Source: Novakomyces olei (taxonomy: Eukaryota). From it: a stretch of DNA of 64,000 bases. Location of the stretch: contig JADEYG010000004.1 of the NCBI GenBank assembly GCA_016906335.1, forward strand, positions 620,001-684,000, read 5' to 3'. Shown piece by piece: positions 34,312 to 47,394 of the stretch; positions within the stretch are counted from its first letter, which is position 1, and every line of letters starts with the position of its first letter. Below the pieces are notes generated by a model. The model was not told the origin of the DNA, made no database searches, and saw only the letters and a program-made list of their open reading frames with translations. Position numbers and translations under genes: made by a program.

Positions 34312-36057
34312 TTAGATGCATCCACAACTGTTTGCAACCCCATTCTTGGCTCCATTTATTCTCCAATGATTGGCCTTGTCCAAATCTGTATGTACGTCTA
34401 ATCGGCAAAAGCAGGACGCTTCGATTCGGACATCCGCATACGCAAGTGCAATGTCTCTCTGCAATTTAATATTCAGCGCCTCATCAAACTTCCCATTTCT
34501 ACATAGAGATTCGTACAAGCCATGGAGCCCCCATACATTATTTACATTACCCTTATGCCTAACGAGCCCTCCACCAGCTCCAAACCCGAGATCTTGTTTG
34601 TAAACATTTTCTGCCTCCTCCACACGACCCTGTTCAAGTAGCAATGCCCCTAATGCATGACGGGCTGGCTGCATCCAGGCAGGCGGATCACAGTACGGAA
34701 TTGCATCTTCCTCTGCTACTGCCTTCGCAAGATATTTAAATGCTTCAATAAAGTTTTGTTTTCTATACTCAATTTCGCCCTTCAGCATGGCTTCTCCGAC
34801 TCTAAGCACTTGTACTTCCCGACTCGGTGGACTGTTCAATCTAGAAAATGGTACTTTTTCTCGAGCCTTTATGAATTGCTCCAACATTAGTTCTGCTTCA
34901 GTAACCCGACCCGATACAGCAAGAGCAATTCCCTTTGCGTATAGAATCATTGCGTTTGTCGAGACGTACAAGTCTTCATTGTCTTTATAAATTTCCAGAG
35001 CCAATATCTCCTTCCACTTTCCAAAACGTACTAGTACGTGAATAAAAGTGCCAAGTATTGCCTCTGTCCAATCTGCCATGGGTAGTACCTTGGTGGAAAG
35101 AAGCCCGGGAGTTAATATGGTGAAAAGACGCTTTGAAGCAGACAGGGCATCAACTAATCGGCCCGCCATAATCGCTCCGTAAGCCTTCATGGCTAAATTA
35201 TGTACCCTATAAGTTGTGTACAGGGTCAAATCTGAATTATGAGTAAAATACCAATCATCAGCAGCTGCAGCAGTAGAATTATCCTCAATAACACGACTCC
35301 AATTGCCACAGGCTGCAAATGTATGTGTTGCCATATGTACCAAATGGCCACCATCAGCGCAAAGTTTCCTCAGGGAATTTGCTGCTTTTATTGATGATTC
35401 TGGGTGCTGTGACATTTCCATCAAATGGATGTAAAGGTGACATAACGCAGGATGTTGAAGACCCTGATTTGTCTCTAAAACAGGTTCAATGGCTGCTTGC
35501 GCTTCGCTGGTCCCCCACCCAACAGGCTCACCTGTCTCAAGATCCCACAGGGCACGCGGGCTGACAGAAATCAAGGCTTCCACGTAGAACGCTAAAACAT
35601 CCAAATCAAGTGGGAAATCTGTGTGGACTTTTCGCATAGCTCTTGCGTAACCGATATCCAGTTCGGTAAATTGCTCCCGAGTACCCGGAATTGCGTCTAT
35701 CGATCGGGGAAACCGTGCGGAAAGCGCCGTTATTAAAGCCTGCTCAATCGGATCTTTGATCGCTGTACTTTGTGCCCGAATCAACGCGTCTCTGCACACT
35801 TCAAAACTCGCTATTAAATCGTTTTTGTCATAAAAGACCCAAGACTTGTTGTAATTTGGGCCTGTAGCATAAGCGATTCCCCAGTAAGCCATAGCACATT
35901 CGGGATCGTATTTTGTTGCAGTAGTGAAGCAATATGCACTCTCTTCATGATTATAGCAGAAAGCCCAACGTAAACCGCGATCAAACCAAGTTTGTGCTTC
36001 TGTCGATTGAGTTACGATTTTGCGGCGATGCGTCCCTAGATCATAGTCGTACACCAT
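34312..36057 (-). CDS. Intronless TPR-like protein with His-rich motifs (family recalled from bacteria and filamentous fungi)
   Basis: YDLG..RRKI.T.S.EAQTWFDRGL...NHEES, CAMAYWGIAYATGPNYNK, HLYIHLMEMS, GHLVHMATH, PPAWMQPARHALGALLLEQG, ADVRIEASCFCRL. Start placed at MVYDYDLG. Confidence 0.85.
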   Translation of the reverse strand: MVYDYDLGTHRRKIVTQSTEAQTWFDRGLRWAFCYNHEESAYCFTTATKYDPECAMAYWGIAYATGPNYNKSWVFYDKNDLIASFEVCRDALIRAQSTAIKDPIEQALITALSARFPRSIDAIPGTREQFTELDIGYARAMRKVHTDFPLDLDVLAFYVEALISVSPRALWDLETGEPVGWGTSEAQAAIEPVLETNQGLQHPALCHLYIHLMEMSQHPESSIKAANSLRKLCADGGHLVHMATHTFAACGNWSRVIEDNSTAAAADDWYFTHNSDLTLYTTYRVHNLAMKAYGAIMAGRLVDALSASKRLFTILTPGLLSTKVLPMADWTEAILGTFIHVLVRFGKWKEILALEIYKDNEDLYVSTNAMILYAKGIALAVSGRVTEAELMLEQFIKAREKVPFSRLNSPPSREVQVLRVGEAMLKGEIEYRKQNFIEAFKYLAKAVAEEDAIPYCDPPAWMQPARHALGALLLEQGRVEEAENVYKQDLGFGAGGGLVRHKGNVNNVWGLHGLYESLCRNGKFDEALNIKLQRDIALAYADVRIEASCFCRLDVHTDLDKANHWRINGAKNGVANSCGCI

Positions 36058-38124
36058 CTGTATTTCAAATGTGTTTTCTTCCAAACTTTTGTTGTCCTTT
36101 TGGTCTTTGATACTACCTTTAAAAGGCGCTTTTTCACGCGAACAATGCCACAAGCTGGTCCGTCTCAAGATATATGCCAAACAAGAACCAAAACTGAAGC
36201 AAAAGGCAGAAAGGTGCAGCAAAACAGTTGAGATCTATAACGCAGTATGTGTATAATTATGTCATTGATGCTCTTTGCAAAATCTCAACTGTTCCGTTTT
36301 GTACTCGCACTCAAGTGCTAATGACGGCAATCTTCTAATATCCCAATATGGGGAGTAGCGTCAACGTGAATTTAACGATACATATAGACGGCGTCAAGGC
36401 GTGAATAACAAAATGCATAAACGGGGAATAATAATGATACTACTTTGTTTATAATGAGTGAAATATACCAAAAATCGAGTGGGGAATATGTGAAAGCCGA
36501 CAACACCTAACGGCTAATGATTAGAACCCCAAACTAAAATAAATGTTCAAGTAACCCAACTAATCCAGCCCTTATTGAAAAAGGGTATGCCTTATTGTAA
36601 AACAAGGTAAAAGGGTCTCCGTCTAAAGATAACGAAGAGGCCATATAAGAACAGCGGCCGTTTTTTCCAAAACTTTTTCCAAAAACCAGACTAATATCAC
36701 AATTATGCGGAGCGATGAGGACATTGAAGCTATTTATGTATCGCTGTCAAACAATAAAGAAAGCACCTCCCTTTGTCCCCTCTGAACGTTAATATAATAA
36801 TCCCTCTATATAGTGGGCTAAGCGGCTATTAGATAAACCGCTAAGAATCCATACTTGGGTTATAACAAGCTGGTAAATGGTTGAGTACTCTCATATAGGA
36901 GACCTCAATTGGGAGCCAACCAAACGCTGGCTAAGTAATTAGCCTCATATACATTCATTCAGCATAAAAATCGCTTTGGTCCGGAATCAAGGCAGGATTT
37001 ATTATAATGATTAAAATGATAATTGTATTTATTCAGTGTTCTAGCCAACCGGTCGGTCTATATAACATAAGACAATAAAATTACTGTCTATAACACTCAT
37101 TTGCATCGGCAGCCAAAAGACTTGCATGGCGCTCATAGTACTAGAAAATGCAAATTCCAAAACGAAATCGTTTCAAGTTTCTGCTTGGTTGACCTTCGAG
37201 CAGTTTAGAGACTTGGCTTGATGCTGAATATTGCCAGTAATGTAAATTAAACGGCCCATAATCCTGCGGGCGCATTGACCGGTGACGACGCAATTCTCTC
37301 ACATGAATATACTTACGTCAATTGTATAATTATTAATACCTTTTGTCATATTACCTTTTTTACCCTTTATTAAACAATAATAGTTGAATTATTAAAGTTA
37401 TTTTGAAGCTCGAACGGCTTATATTAACTATCTGACTGTAGAGAAGAATGATAACGGTCCCCCAAGACTCAGAGGCGCTGTCAGAATTTAGAGGAGATTT
37501 CATCAAGTAATGTAAAGACAGTAACATTCCAAATGAACAGAGTTAAATTTAAGTTATATAGAATCCAACTTCTCAGCAATAAGGATCTTTTAATAAAACA
37601 TTAAATTTATGATATTTTCCTTTTTCGGTTTTTGAATTTGACTCAAATAAATTCACTAGTTCATAACAAATAATCCAAGATTTTTTTCTAGATTTCTAAA
37701 TGATATTTGCTCACTATCAGTAGTCTTTTTATTTTCTAATATACTACTTTCCTTAACACTGCTCTATAAACTATCTCGCAGTACTTACTTGAATGTGAAT
37801 AATGTATGTGAGTCCTGGTACGTAAACCGTAAATACATATGTCATGACTAAAGCAATAACGGCCGCCCGCATTTGATCTCACTTCCGCCCTCAGTTACTT
37901 GATCTTGTCAGCACACTTAAATTCGGGGCCACATAAATTCAGTCGGAGCAAGATCGAGGCTACAACTTTGCAGTATCCCTCATTTAAGCAAACGGCTACC
38001 TTCATTCTGGATCCCAATCAAAGTTTGATTCGAGGAGAAAGGGGAGGGCCCTCTTGAGCTATTGGGCTGGCAGAACTTGAGCCGATAAGTGCTCTTGAAC
38101 CCTAATTTCGAAGCCGGGAACAAG

Positions 38125-40211
38125 ATGTCTTCAGGCGATGTGGCCGTGTCTATACGCATGCCAGAAACAGGGAACCCAGAACAGCCAAGTACTCATCGGC
38201 GACGTCGGTGGAACGGATATTATGGCAGCGGACCTCCAAAGGAAGTAATTGTGATTGAAGACACTCCGCCAACAGAAGAATCAAGTCTGCGAAGTCATCA
38301 GAGGAGCAGTGACTACTTTACTGCAAATTCGTCCGACTCCCGGAGGCAGGATTCCGTGGGGCTTCAGCCTTTTGCTTCATACTACAAGTCCAACGTTGGG
38401 CAAGAGAACACACAGATACCCTTCAGCAACGGGGACAATTCCTATGCGGCTCAAAGAGGGGCGAGCACGGCAAAGCCCAATGCTAATTATATCAATTATC
38501 GTGCTTCACCACTGAATGGACCAGCGGCTCAGGCAGCGGGCCATATTGAAACTCTGTCAAATTACCCTAACCCTAGTTTACATCAAATTTCAAAAGATCT
38601 AATGTTAAATGGAGGCGCACAGGGTCTGGAAGGTCAGCCTGTACCGCCGGCTATCTCTCCACTTTACCAGCAAGCTTTGCCTTCCGTCACATGGCACCCA
38701 ATGATGTCTAATACAGCCTATCAGGTCCAACAACCTATATATGTACCGAGCACTCTTTCTGCGGATACCACATCTGCCTCTATTGCATCCACGACTACAG
38801 GAACAACGAGCTCACGTGCTGGTGGGGCTGGAACTAGGCTAGGATCCAAACGGAAACGGGAAGCTGTAGAGTCTGGGTTCCGGACTCCTATGCACAATGG
38901 ATATAAAGCGCCGAAAAGACCTACGAAGATCGCCAATGTAAAAGTTCCAGTTGCTCCATGCGTAAGTCTTATTATTATTGTTATTGTGAATGATTTGCTA
39001 ACTCGGTTTCCAGTCCGAACAGGAAATGCTGACAAAATGCGATGACGAAGATGGCCATTTTATAGTCAAAGAGGACACTTATATAACCTCTCGATGTAAG
39101 TTTATTTTCACTCTTTTTTTTGGTTTGGTTTTCTTGTATACTTTAATTGTCATTGAATTTCACTCGAGTCAGCTCTAATAGCTTAGATCGTATTGTCAAG
39201 CTCTTGGGACAAGGCACGTTTGGCAAAGTATTACAGTGCTACGATCACTTGCAAAACAATTATTGCGCTATCAAAGTCATTCGGGCAGTACAAAAATACC
39301 GGGACGCATCAATGATTGAGCTCAGAGTACTCAAAACTCTCTCTGATAACGATCCTCATAATACTAACAGGTGCATACATCTACGAGAATGCTTTGATTA
39401 CCGCCAGCATATATGTTTGGTTATGGATCTATTAGGGCTGAGCATTTTCGATTTTTTAAAGGCCAATAATTACCAACCGTTCCCCTTTGATCATATCAGA
39501 TCGTTTGCGAAACAGCTACTGACTAGTGTGGCCTTTTTACACGATTTAAATCTTATTCATACCGATTTAAAACCGGAAAATGTCTTGCTCGTTGATCACA
39601 AGGCAGGCGTACAGCAAGTAAACGCAAAGCGAAGAGGGAAACCAACGATGCGTAATGTTCTTCACAGCACTGATATCCGGTTAATTGATTTTGGAAGTGC
39701 AACTTTTGCTGATGAGTACCATTCTCACGTTGTTTCAACCCGTCATTATCGAGCACCAGAGATTATTTTAGGTGTAGGTTGGAGCTTTCCTTGCGACTTA
39801 TGGAGTGTAGCGTGCATTTTAGCAGAACTTTATACGGGTCAGGCGCTTTTTCAAACTCATGACAATCTAGAACACTTGGCTATGATGGAGATAATAATCG
39901 GAAAACTAGACCCGCAGCTATGTCGACGCGCTAATCGCCAGGCTCAGGGATTTTTTAAGAGTAAAACTGGACTTGAGCTCGACTACCCTCGGTCGGATAC
40001 GCAAAAGGCATCGACGAAATATCTGAAAACTTTAAAACCGCTTGAGAAAATGTTTACTTCTGCAAGCAGCCGATTTAATCATGAATTTGTCGATTTGTTG
40101 CACAAGTTATTGATATACGATCCTGAAAAACGATGGACAGCTCGTCAGGCTCTGACTCATCCTTTCTTTGGCAAGGAACTCGATGAAGAGTATGGGCTAG
40201 CCAAGTATTGA
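38125..40211 (+). CDS. lkh1: LAMMER dual-specificity kinase Lkh1/Kns1; exons 38125-38961, 39014-39095, 39187-40211
   Basis: DDEDGHF, LGQGTFGKV, HTDLKPEN, DFGSAT, STRHYRAPE, EHLAMME signature; introns join in frame. Confidence 0.96.
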
Positions 40212-40878
40212 AGATTTATACATGTTTATATTTGTTTCTTATATTGTTTTAAGGGCATCCAGGACGGATGGAATTGGGGTCTTATAAGGAGACTGGGTTT
40301 AAAGACAGGGGAGTTTGTGGGGACGGGAGCACATTGTTTCGAGTCATGATTCAAAGGATTATTGTCGTTCTTCCGCGTAACTTTTATTGCATATTATTCA
40401 TATTTTTCAAGCGTAATTCGTTGAATATAACACAAAACTTACTATACTTTGTCTCCATATCTTGCATACTATTACTGTCCAATTTTCTACCCGTATATTG
40501 AGATTAGATGCGATTGCGGCAACTCGAGCATTCGTTTTCTGAACGGTGGTGAGTTACAGGATGAAAAGTTCATACTTTAATTTGCCAATGGCCTTTTCTG
40601 CAAAACGCGCCTGTCCTGTATTTTAAATATAAAATTACTTGGATACGAGTTGAGTTTGCGTACGAGTACGTGACGAAAAATAATATAGACTAAATAATCA
40701 CGGGTGCCGTGCTTATTTGAGATTATTGCAAGCAGCAAGACTACCATACCATATTCTATGTAATATTAATCTTTTGCGTATTTAACACGTACACTGAGGA
40801 TATATAATATAAGCACAGACAAGCCGCGTCATCTTTCAGGCTCTCAAGATTCGAATACATCTTGCCGATTCTGCCAAG

Positions 40879-41957
40879 ATGGACGCGATTATCTCCAATC
40901 TTACAAATTCGGCTGTCGAGGAGTTTGAAGCTGAAGACGATGTGGAAGAGTACGAATCATTTGGCGGAATGGGCAGTCTAAGCTTCCCCATGCCGAATGT
41001 GCAACAGGTAGATCAAACTTGTCATTTGGCAAAAGCATCCATAGAGTTAAGTCAAAAGGACTAGTACTGACTTTGCCCCATCAAGCCGAGAGAGTTTTTA
41101 CGTGAGCACACGGACGATCATTATAATCGCAATTGCACTATGAAAATCAATCACGGAACTACGACTTTAGCTTTCAAGTATCAAGGCGGAATAGTCGTCT
41201 CGGTTGACAGCCGTGCGTCAGCTGGATCGTGGGTAGGATTGGCCTGTCTGTCTGTTTCGCGGCCAAGTTACTAACCTCTCTCTTTAGGTGGCCTCACAAA
41301 CTGTGAAAAAAATAATAGAAATCAATCCGTTTTTGCTGGGAACAATGGTAAGACGAAGCGTAAATGATGGATTACGTTAATATTTCGTAGGCTGGTGGAG
41401 CGGCAGATTGCCAATTTTGGGAGACATATCTTGGCATGGAGTGCAGACTTCACGAATTGCGCAACAAGGAGCGGATAAGCGTAGCGGCTGCCAGCAAGAT
41501 CTTGTCTAATATAATGTATTCATATAAAGGCATGGGCCTGTCTATGGGTACAATGCTGGCGGGAACCGGGAAAGGTGGTCTTGACTTGTTCTATGTAGAC
41601 AACGACGGAATGCGTTTACGGGGAAGCCTTTTCTGCGTTGGGTCTGGTCAGACTTATGCCTATGGCGTTCTAGATTCAGGTTCGTTTATACCGGCTTTAC
41701 GTCAACCTTGCAAAAGTCTTGTTTGGCCGCAATACTAATCAAAAGGTTACCGCTACGACCTGACAAAGGAGGAAGCTATTGCCTTGGGTCGGAGAGCTAT
41801 AGTCGCTGCGGGTCATCGAGATGCAATGTCTGGCGGACGAAACAATTTATATCATATTGACGAGAACGGATGGGTGTTTCATGGCGCTCTTGATTTGGGC
41901 CCTGGAATTTGGGAAGCTCTGGAACGGGAAGGGACTTTTTCCAATATTCCTCGTTAA
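40879..41957 (+). CDS. PRE2: 20S proteasome subunit beta5 (Pre2/Pts1), 5 exons
   Basis: Propeptide, then [59 protein letters not shown]. Confidence 0.95.
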
Positions 41958-42046
41958 ACATTCGGCTTGAGATCTAATCAAGTAGGATTTTCAGCATTTG
42001 GCAACTTTCAATGGCGTTCGTTATAAACGTAGATATAGGCTATGTA

Positions 42047-42215
42047 AGTTCGTTATGAAGTATTGTTCGTTATAAAGTAGGTTCGTTATAAAGTATTGTT
42101 CGTTAAGAGTATTGTTTGTTATATAAACCACTGTTCGTCAAAGGTATTGTTTGTCAAAGGTATTGTTTGTCAAAGGTATTGTTTGTCAAAGGTATTGTTT
42201 GTCAAAAGTATTGTT
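42047..42215. repeat. ~17-bp degenerate tandem array (AAAGGTATTGTTTGTCA / TTGTTCGTTATAAAGTA)
   Basis: About four near-perfect 17-mers at ~42140-42215, preceded by related units. Confidence 0.85.
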
Positions 42216-42544
42216 ATATCGGCGGTGTATATTAATTTCAAAAATATACAGATGAGACATTTTAATGTAATAAAATCTCAATATTTATTCCCTATATTTA
42301 ACAGTAAATTTAATAATGTTGTAGTGTCGCAAAACTTTATATTACCGAGACCCACACTGATAAGTGACAGTAATCTTATCGGCTCACAAATGAGAAACTG
42401 ATACACACGTCAGATGGCGACTGCAGTCGTTCCCCGTTGTTGAGCGCTTATATTCAAACGCGATCGCGATTTTGCGTTCTTTGAGGCATAAATCTTTGAA
42501 TCACGTCTTTTCAAACAAATTTCACTTAAAAGTAGACGTGATCA

Positions 42545-43974
42545 ATGATTGTAAGCTCCTTCGCCGGGCGCAACATTATTCTTGCAACGCTTCTCGGCTT
42601 CGTTGTCTTTATCGTCATTTTGACGTCCTTTTTCACGGGTGAATTCTCCGTATCAAGTCTCCTGCCTTCATGGTCTTGGGTATCGCCGGGTAGCCGTCTG
42701 GGAAAAGTGAAACAGCACGATTTAGACTGGCTTGGAGCCGAAGAAAATGGAGGCAAGTACGTTCATGCAAACGCTACTATCTTGTCACTTGTTCGTAATG
42801 AGGAAGTTGATGATATGGTGAGCTCTATGGTCTCGCTGGAAGCGGCTTTTAATCATCATTTCAATTATACTTGGACTTTTATCAACGATGTGCAATTTTC
42901 CAAAAATTTCAAGGCTCGAACGACCGCAGTAACAAACGCCAAAACACAGTATTTCGTGATTCCAAAGGAACACTGGACAATTCCAAATCATATCGACAAG
43001 ACACTCATGTCCGCCTCTGCCGATATGCTTAAAGATCGACGCGTACAGTACTCTGACAAGGAAAGCTACCATAAAATGTGCCGCTGGAATTCCGGTCTTT
43101 TCTACAAACACCCGAATCTTTTACAGTACAAATACTATTGGCGCGTGGAGCCTCACGTCCAGTTTTTTTGCGATATCAATTACGACGTTTTCAAATACAT
43201 GGAACGCAATGACAAGGCATACGGTAGGCTTTATTGTATATATACATATTTCAATATATATATTTTAATTTTTTTTGTTTTCATCTTGTTCTAATCATAT
43301 TCCAGGCTTTGTTATTAATGTGTATGACGATCCGAATTCGATACCCTCGCTGTGGCCACGGACTCTTGAATTTATAAAGCAGAATCCTACTTTTGTGAAT
43401 CCTGATAATGCACAGGCCTGGCTTACGGACTCGTCTCGCAGGCCTTCACATAATAGGATCGCTAATGGCTATTCTACGTGCCATTTTTGGAGCAATTTTG
43501 AAATTGGCGATATGGACTTCTTTCGCGGTGAAGCTTACGATTCGTATTTCCAATATTTAGACCGCGCAGGCGGGTTTTTCTACGAAAGATGGGGAGATGC
43601 ACCCGTGCACTCTATTGGATTGGGCCTGTTTTTGCCAAAATCAAAAATACACTGGTGAGTGTTTGAAATATTTATACAAGCATTGCGTCTAGCCTCATTC
43701 AAGATTTATTTGATTCTATTTATATCTTATTCTCTATAGAGAATTATGTTATTTTATTTATTAATTTACTAATCTGCCAGGTTTGAGGATATAGGGTACA
43801 ATCATATCCCATATTGGAACTGCCCACGATCTAAAAAATGCCGGGGTTGCAAAGGCGGCAAATTCTTTGGTAAGCGTGGAATATTTTATATTGGATCTAA
43901 CACTTTTAGAGGGCGTTGGGTTGGCCAAGGAAAACTGCCTGCCTCTGTGGCACCAAGTTGCCGGCAAAGGATAG
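42545..43974 (+). CDS. Alpha-1,2-mannosyltransferase, GT15 (Kre2/Ktr/Omh family), 4 exons
   Basis: Type II TM anchor, NATILSLVRNEE, ESYHKMCRWNSG, YYWRVEP, CHFWSNFEIG, GGFFYERWGDAPVHS. Confidence 0.93.
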
Positions 43975-44430
43975 CATTATATGAATTTTTGAAGAGTAAA
44001 TAAATAAAAATAATCCGTCAACCAACCAAGTACACGCGACTTACAGGCAATGCCAAATTAATGGTCGTCAGTAATTGTTTTACTGTGGAAATCGCGTCGT
44101 CTGCCCTTTCAGGTAAACCGACGGCTTTACCGCCTGCAAGTCCATCGGCCTTTACCGCTCAATGTAAAGAATAAAAAGTAATCGGGAATAAACAGAGAAA
44201 AAGAAATTTGGAGATCAATATGAAAAAGAGAAGCGTGTCAAAATAGCTTCAAGTAAAGAAAGGTGTGGCCAAGTAGCAGCGTTATTACAGTCGCTTTAAA
44301 AGCCGAAATTGTCTCTAGTATTTAAGATATTATATACTTTACCCCTAAACATATTCAGATATTTCAAAAACTAATCTGTACATTCAAAATTCGCCTATAT
44401 TCTATCTAATCATTGCCAACGACTCGTGCA

Positions 44431-47352
44431 CTATATCCAGGCAGCCCAGAGCTGGTCCATTTGAGCAAGGTATCGCGGGTTGACTGCCTGGGAAATCAGA
44501 TCGATGATTGTTTGATTAGCCGGAAGGTTGCCCTGAGCAGTTTGTGAAAGAGAGGAAACACGTCTGACGACCTGCTCAACGTTAGCATTAACCTTTTCCC
44601 GTAAAGGCGTCTCAGGTCCAATGGGCCTGTGCTGCTGAGTGAACCACCAAATAAGCTCGTCTCGCACAAAAATCCCCAAGTGCTGATCAAGATCAAACTC
44701 TGGTTCAGACAGGCATCTGGCGACGGCCATTAAAGCACAAGAAAAGATGCCCTCGACCCCAATAGGCCCAATGAAATGTTGGATATTGGGAGTAAATCTA
44801 AAGGGAACTGCTTCGCCATTGAAGAAAATTGGGTTATTCGAGGCCATTGCCGGTAGCAGTTCCGTCCCAACAATGTCTCCGCTCCTTTGTGAAACGAGAA
44901 ACTTGTGAGGAAACCTCAGATTGATGCTGATAATGTATGTCATAAAACATAAAGCGGCATACTGGAGGGTAAACCGTTTCCTAAACACCCAAAACTCGGA
45001 AAAGTTTTGGAAAATGGCTTGGAAATAATTCGTGAAAATATCGTCCGGCACAAGGCATTTACGAATAAACTCAAGAATCTCTGTGCGCAACGCAATCATC
45101 TCCTTTCTCTGCTGCATTTTTCGATTATCGTTTGCCTTTGTCTTTTCCATATTGTTGTTGTTTGTTGGAGCAAAATGGCTGGCCATTGATTTAATCTTTT
45201 CAGCAAATGCCTTCAAAGGCTCGTCCTTGTGCATCCCCACCTGTTTGCAGTACGACTCAAAGATGTTTTGGAAGGAGACGTAGGCCGGGTTATCCTTTAC
45301 GATTCTGATATGCGGAGCCAGAGGGATAGCGACAGGCAGATCGAAGCGGATACCTCTTCTTCTAGACTCGCGTTTCCTCTGCAGCACACAGTCCAGGATT
45401 CTAAACAGCTGCATTATCCGCTCCTCCCTGCGGCAGTGCCGGGCGGCCGGGTACTGGACGGCAAAAGGGTGGACGCTGCCGTCGTGGCCTCGCATAGTGA
45501 GCCTACGGTAGCAGATGCCCTGGCCTCTTACGACAGCGAGGTCAGGCAGGAACCTGGCAATTCTTACAAAGTCGCTGTTGTTGTCCTTGTGCAGCAGGTA
45601 CTGTCCCGGCACTTCTACATCGTCGAACCGAGTACTCTGGAAATCACAGAGCCAAGGGCTCACGTGTTCCAAGTACGCAAAGGGATTACGTCTATCCAAA
45701 AGGTACTCAAACCTGTCTCTCCACCGACGCAGCTTTTCCACATACGTCTGCAAATTAGGCTTTGTATGCACAAACTCTGTCTCAAACGCTGCCTTTATAT
45801 GCTTTGGCAACACACTCTCGGCAAACCGAGAGATATTCGCCTGAGTAGCTGGTGGCAGTTTTGTATCGTCGTTCACTAACCCAATTCTGCCAATATACTG
45901 AACTCCGTCGTTCAATAATGCCACAATCAGACGGTAAGCGTCCTCGTCCGGTGGAGATTTGAACCGCGTTTGGATCTGGTCCACCATCGTCTCCATCGTC
46001 AGTGCAAGGAGGGGGTACGCCGTCTTTAAAAACGACATTATATCGTCCACATGCTCCCACGGCTGACGGGCAGAAGCAGCAGCAGTAGAATTGTTGTTGT
46101 TATTATTGTTATTATTGTTGTTGTTAGTAGAATTATTATTATTATTATTATTATTATTGCTGCCGGCAGCGTTGCTCGTGCCGTTTGGCGAAGACTTGTG
46201 TGCCAAATTCTGTGCAGACTGGTCAGACTTTTGCGAGGCAGGTTTGCTCTGAGGATTGGCCTTTTGCTCAATCGGCTCTGGCCTCGCCTTGTCCTCTGCA
46301 CCAGCAACAGCAGTAGTACTCGACGCACTACCCGCACCAGTATTACCACTCTTGTTGTTGGCACTATTAGCAGTCGCAGAATCACTACCGTTGCCAGTAG
46401 TATTACTAATACTGAGGCCAGCAGTATTACTATTACTGAGGCCAGTACTAGTTCCAGTACTAGTGCCAGTACTAGTGCCAGTAGTATTGCCAGTATTACT
46501 GCCAGAGGCACCTCCCTTTTGCTCGTTTCTCTGAGCGTTTTGAGCAGCAGCCAGCGCCTGTCTCTTTATCACAGTGTAATCGTCCCGCGTTGTCCGCAGC
46601 TGAAAGTGCAGAGCTTGCGGATAAGTTTTAGCTATTCTGGCCAGAATATTGCGGACGTGCCTGGCTTCCTTGTGGGAGAGCGAAGTCAGCAGCTGTGGCA
46701 CAAACGTTATCCAGTACCACACAGGCACTTCTCCACGATAAGAATCAAAGGCACGGGACACGGATCCCTCTGTGTCGTCAAAACTGAGGAGCCAGAGCAC
46801 TCTGTTTAGCACTTTACGAGCCTTTCCGCTCTGGTAAAGACCGGCCGCCTGCAGATAGCAGCTTACTGCATTGCACGCATAGCTCACATTTGTATTGCTC
46901 TCCTTGTAGAGCATATCGTTGTACCTGCCCCACTCGGCCCAGGCTTTAGCCAGCGTCAGGTCAATTTGCACTGCCGTAGCAAACGCCTGGTTGGCCTCAT
47001 CGTTCTGCTTCAACTTGGCCAGAAACATACCCTTGAGAGTGAAAAACTCTGCCTTTTGCTGGACACTAAAGTACATGAGATTCGTGTTGCTGATCACCTC
47101 TAATCCCTGCTGCGTCTCGTTGCCGTTCTGGTAGTGGCATTTTGCCTGCTCACGGAGCTTTAAAAAGGCCTCTTGTATCTCGATGTTTGGTAGTGTGTAG
47201 ATTTTGGTTAGTTGGTTGATACAAACCTCGGGCAGTTGGTGCTTGCGCGCCACATGAGCAAACCTGTTTATTATCCACGCAGTTTCATGGTACCCTCTGT
47301 ACAGGTAAGACGTTGCATTGCCGTTGTTGTTATTATTATTATTATTATTATT

Positions 47353-47394
<42 letters not shown>

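Noticed and set aside
36260..38080. Hidden gene or ncRNA in the 2-kb TPR-LKH1 spacer
   Set aside because: No ORF, splice pattern or RNA motif I can support; treated as divergent promoter sequence
40700..40770. TPP riboswitch-like GGGTG...TGAGATTAT (also CTGAGA in MFS intron 1)
   Set aside because: The downstream conserved core (ACTTGATC..GATAAT.CCAGCG) is absent and the adjacent genes are not thiamine-related
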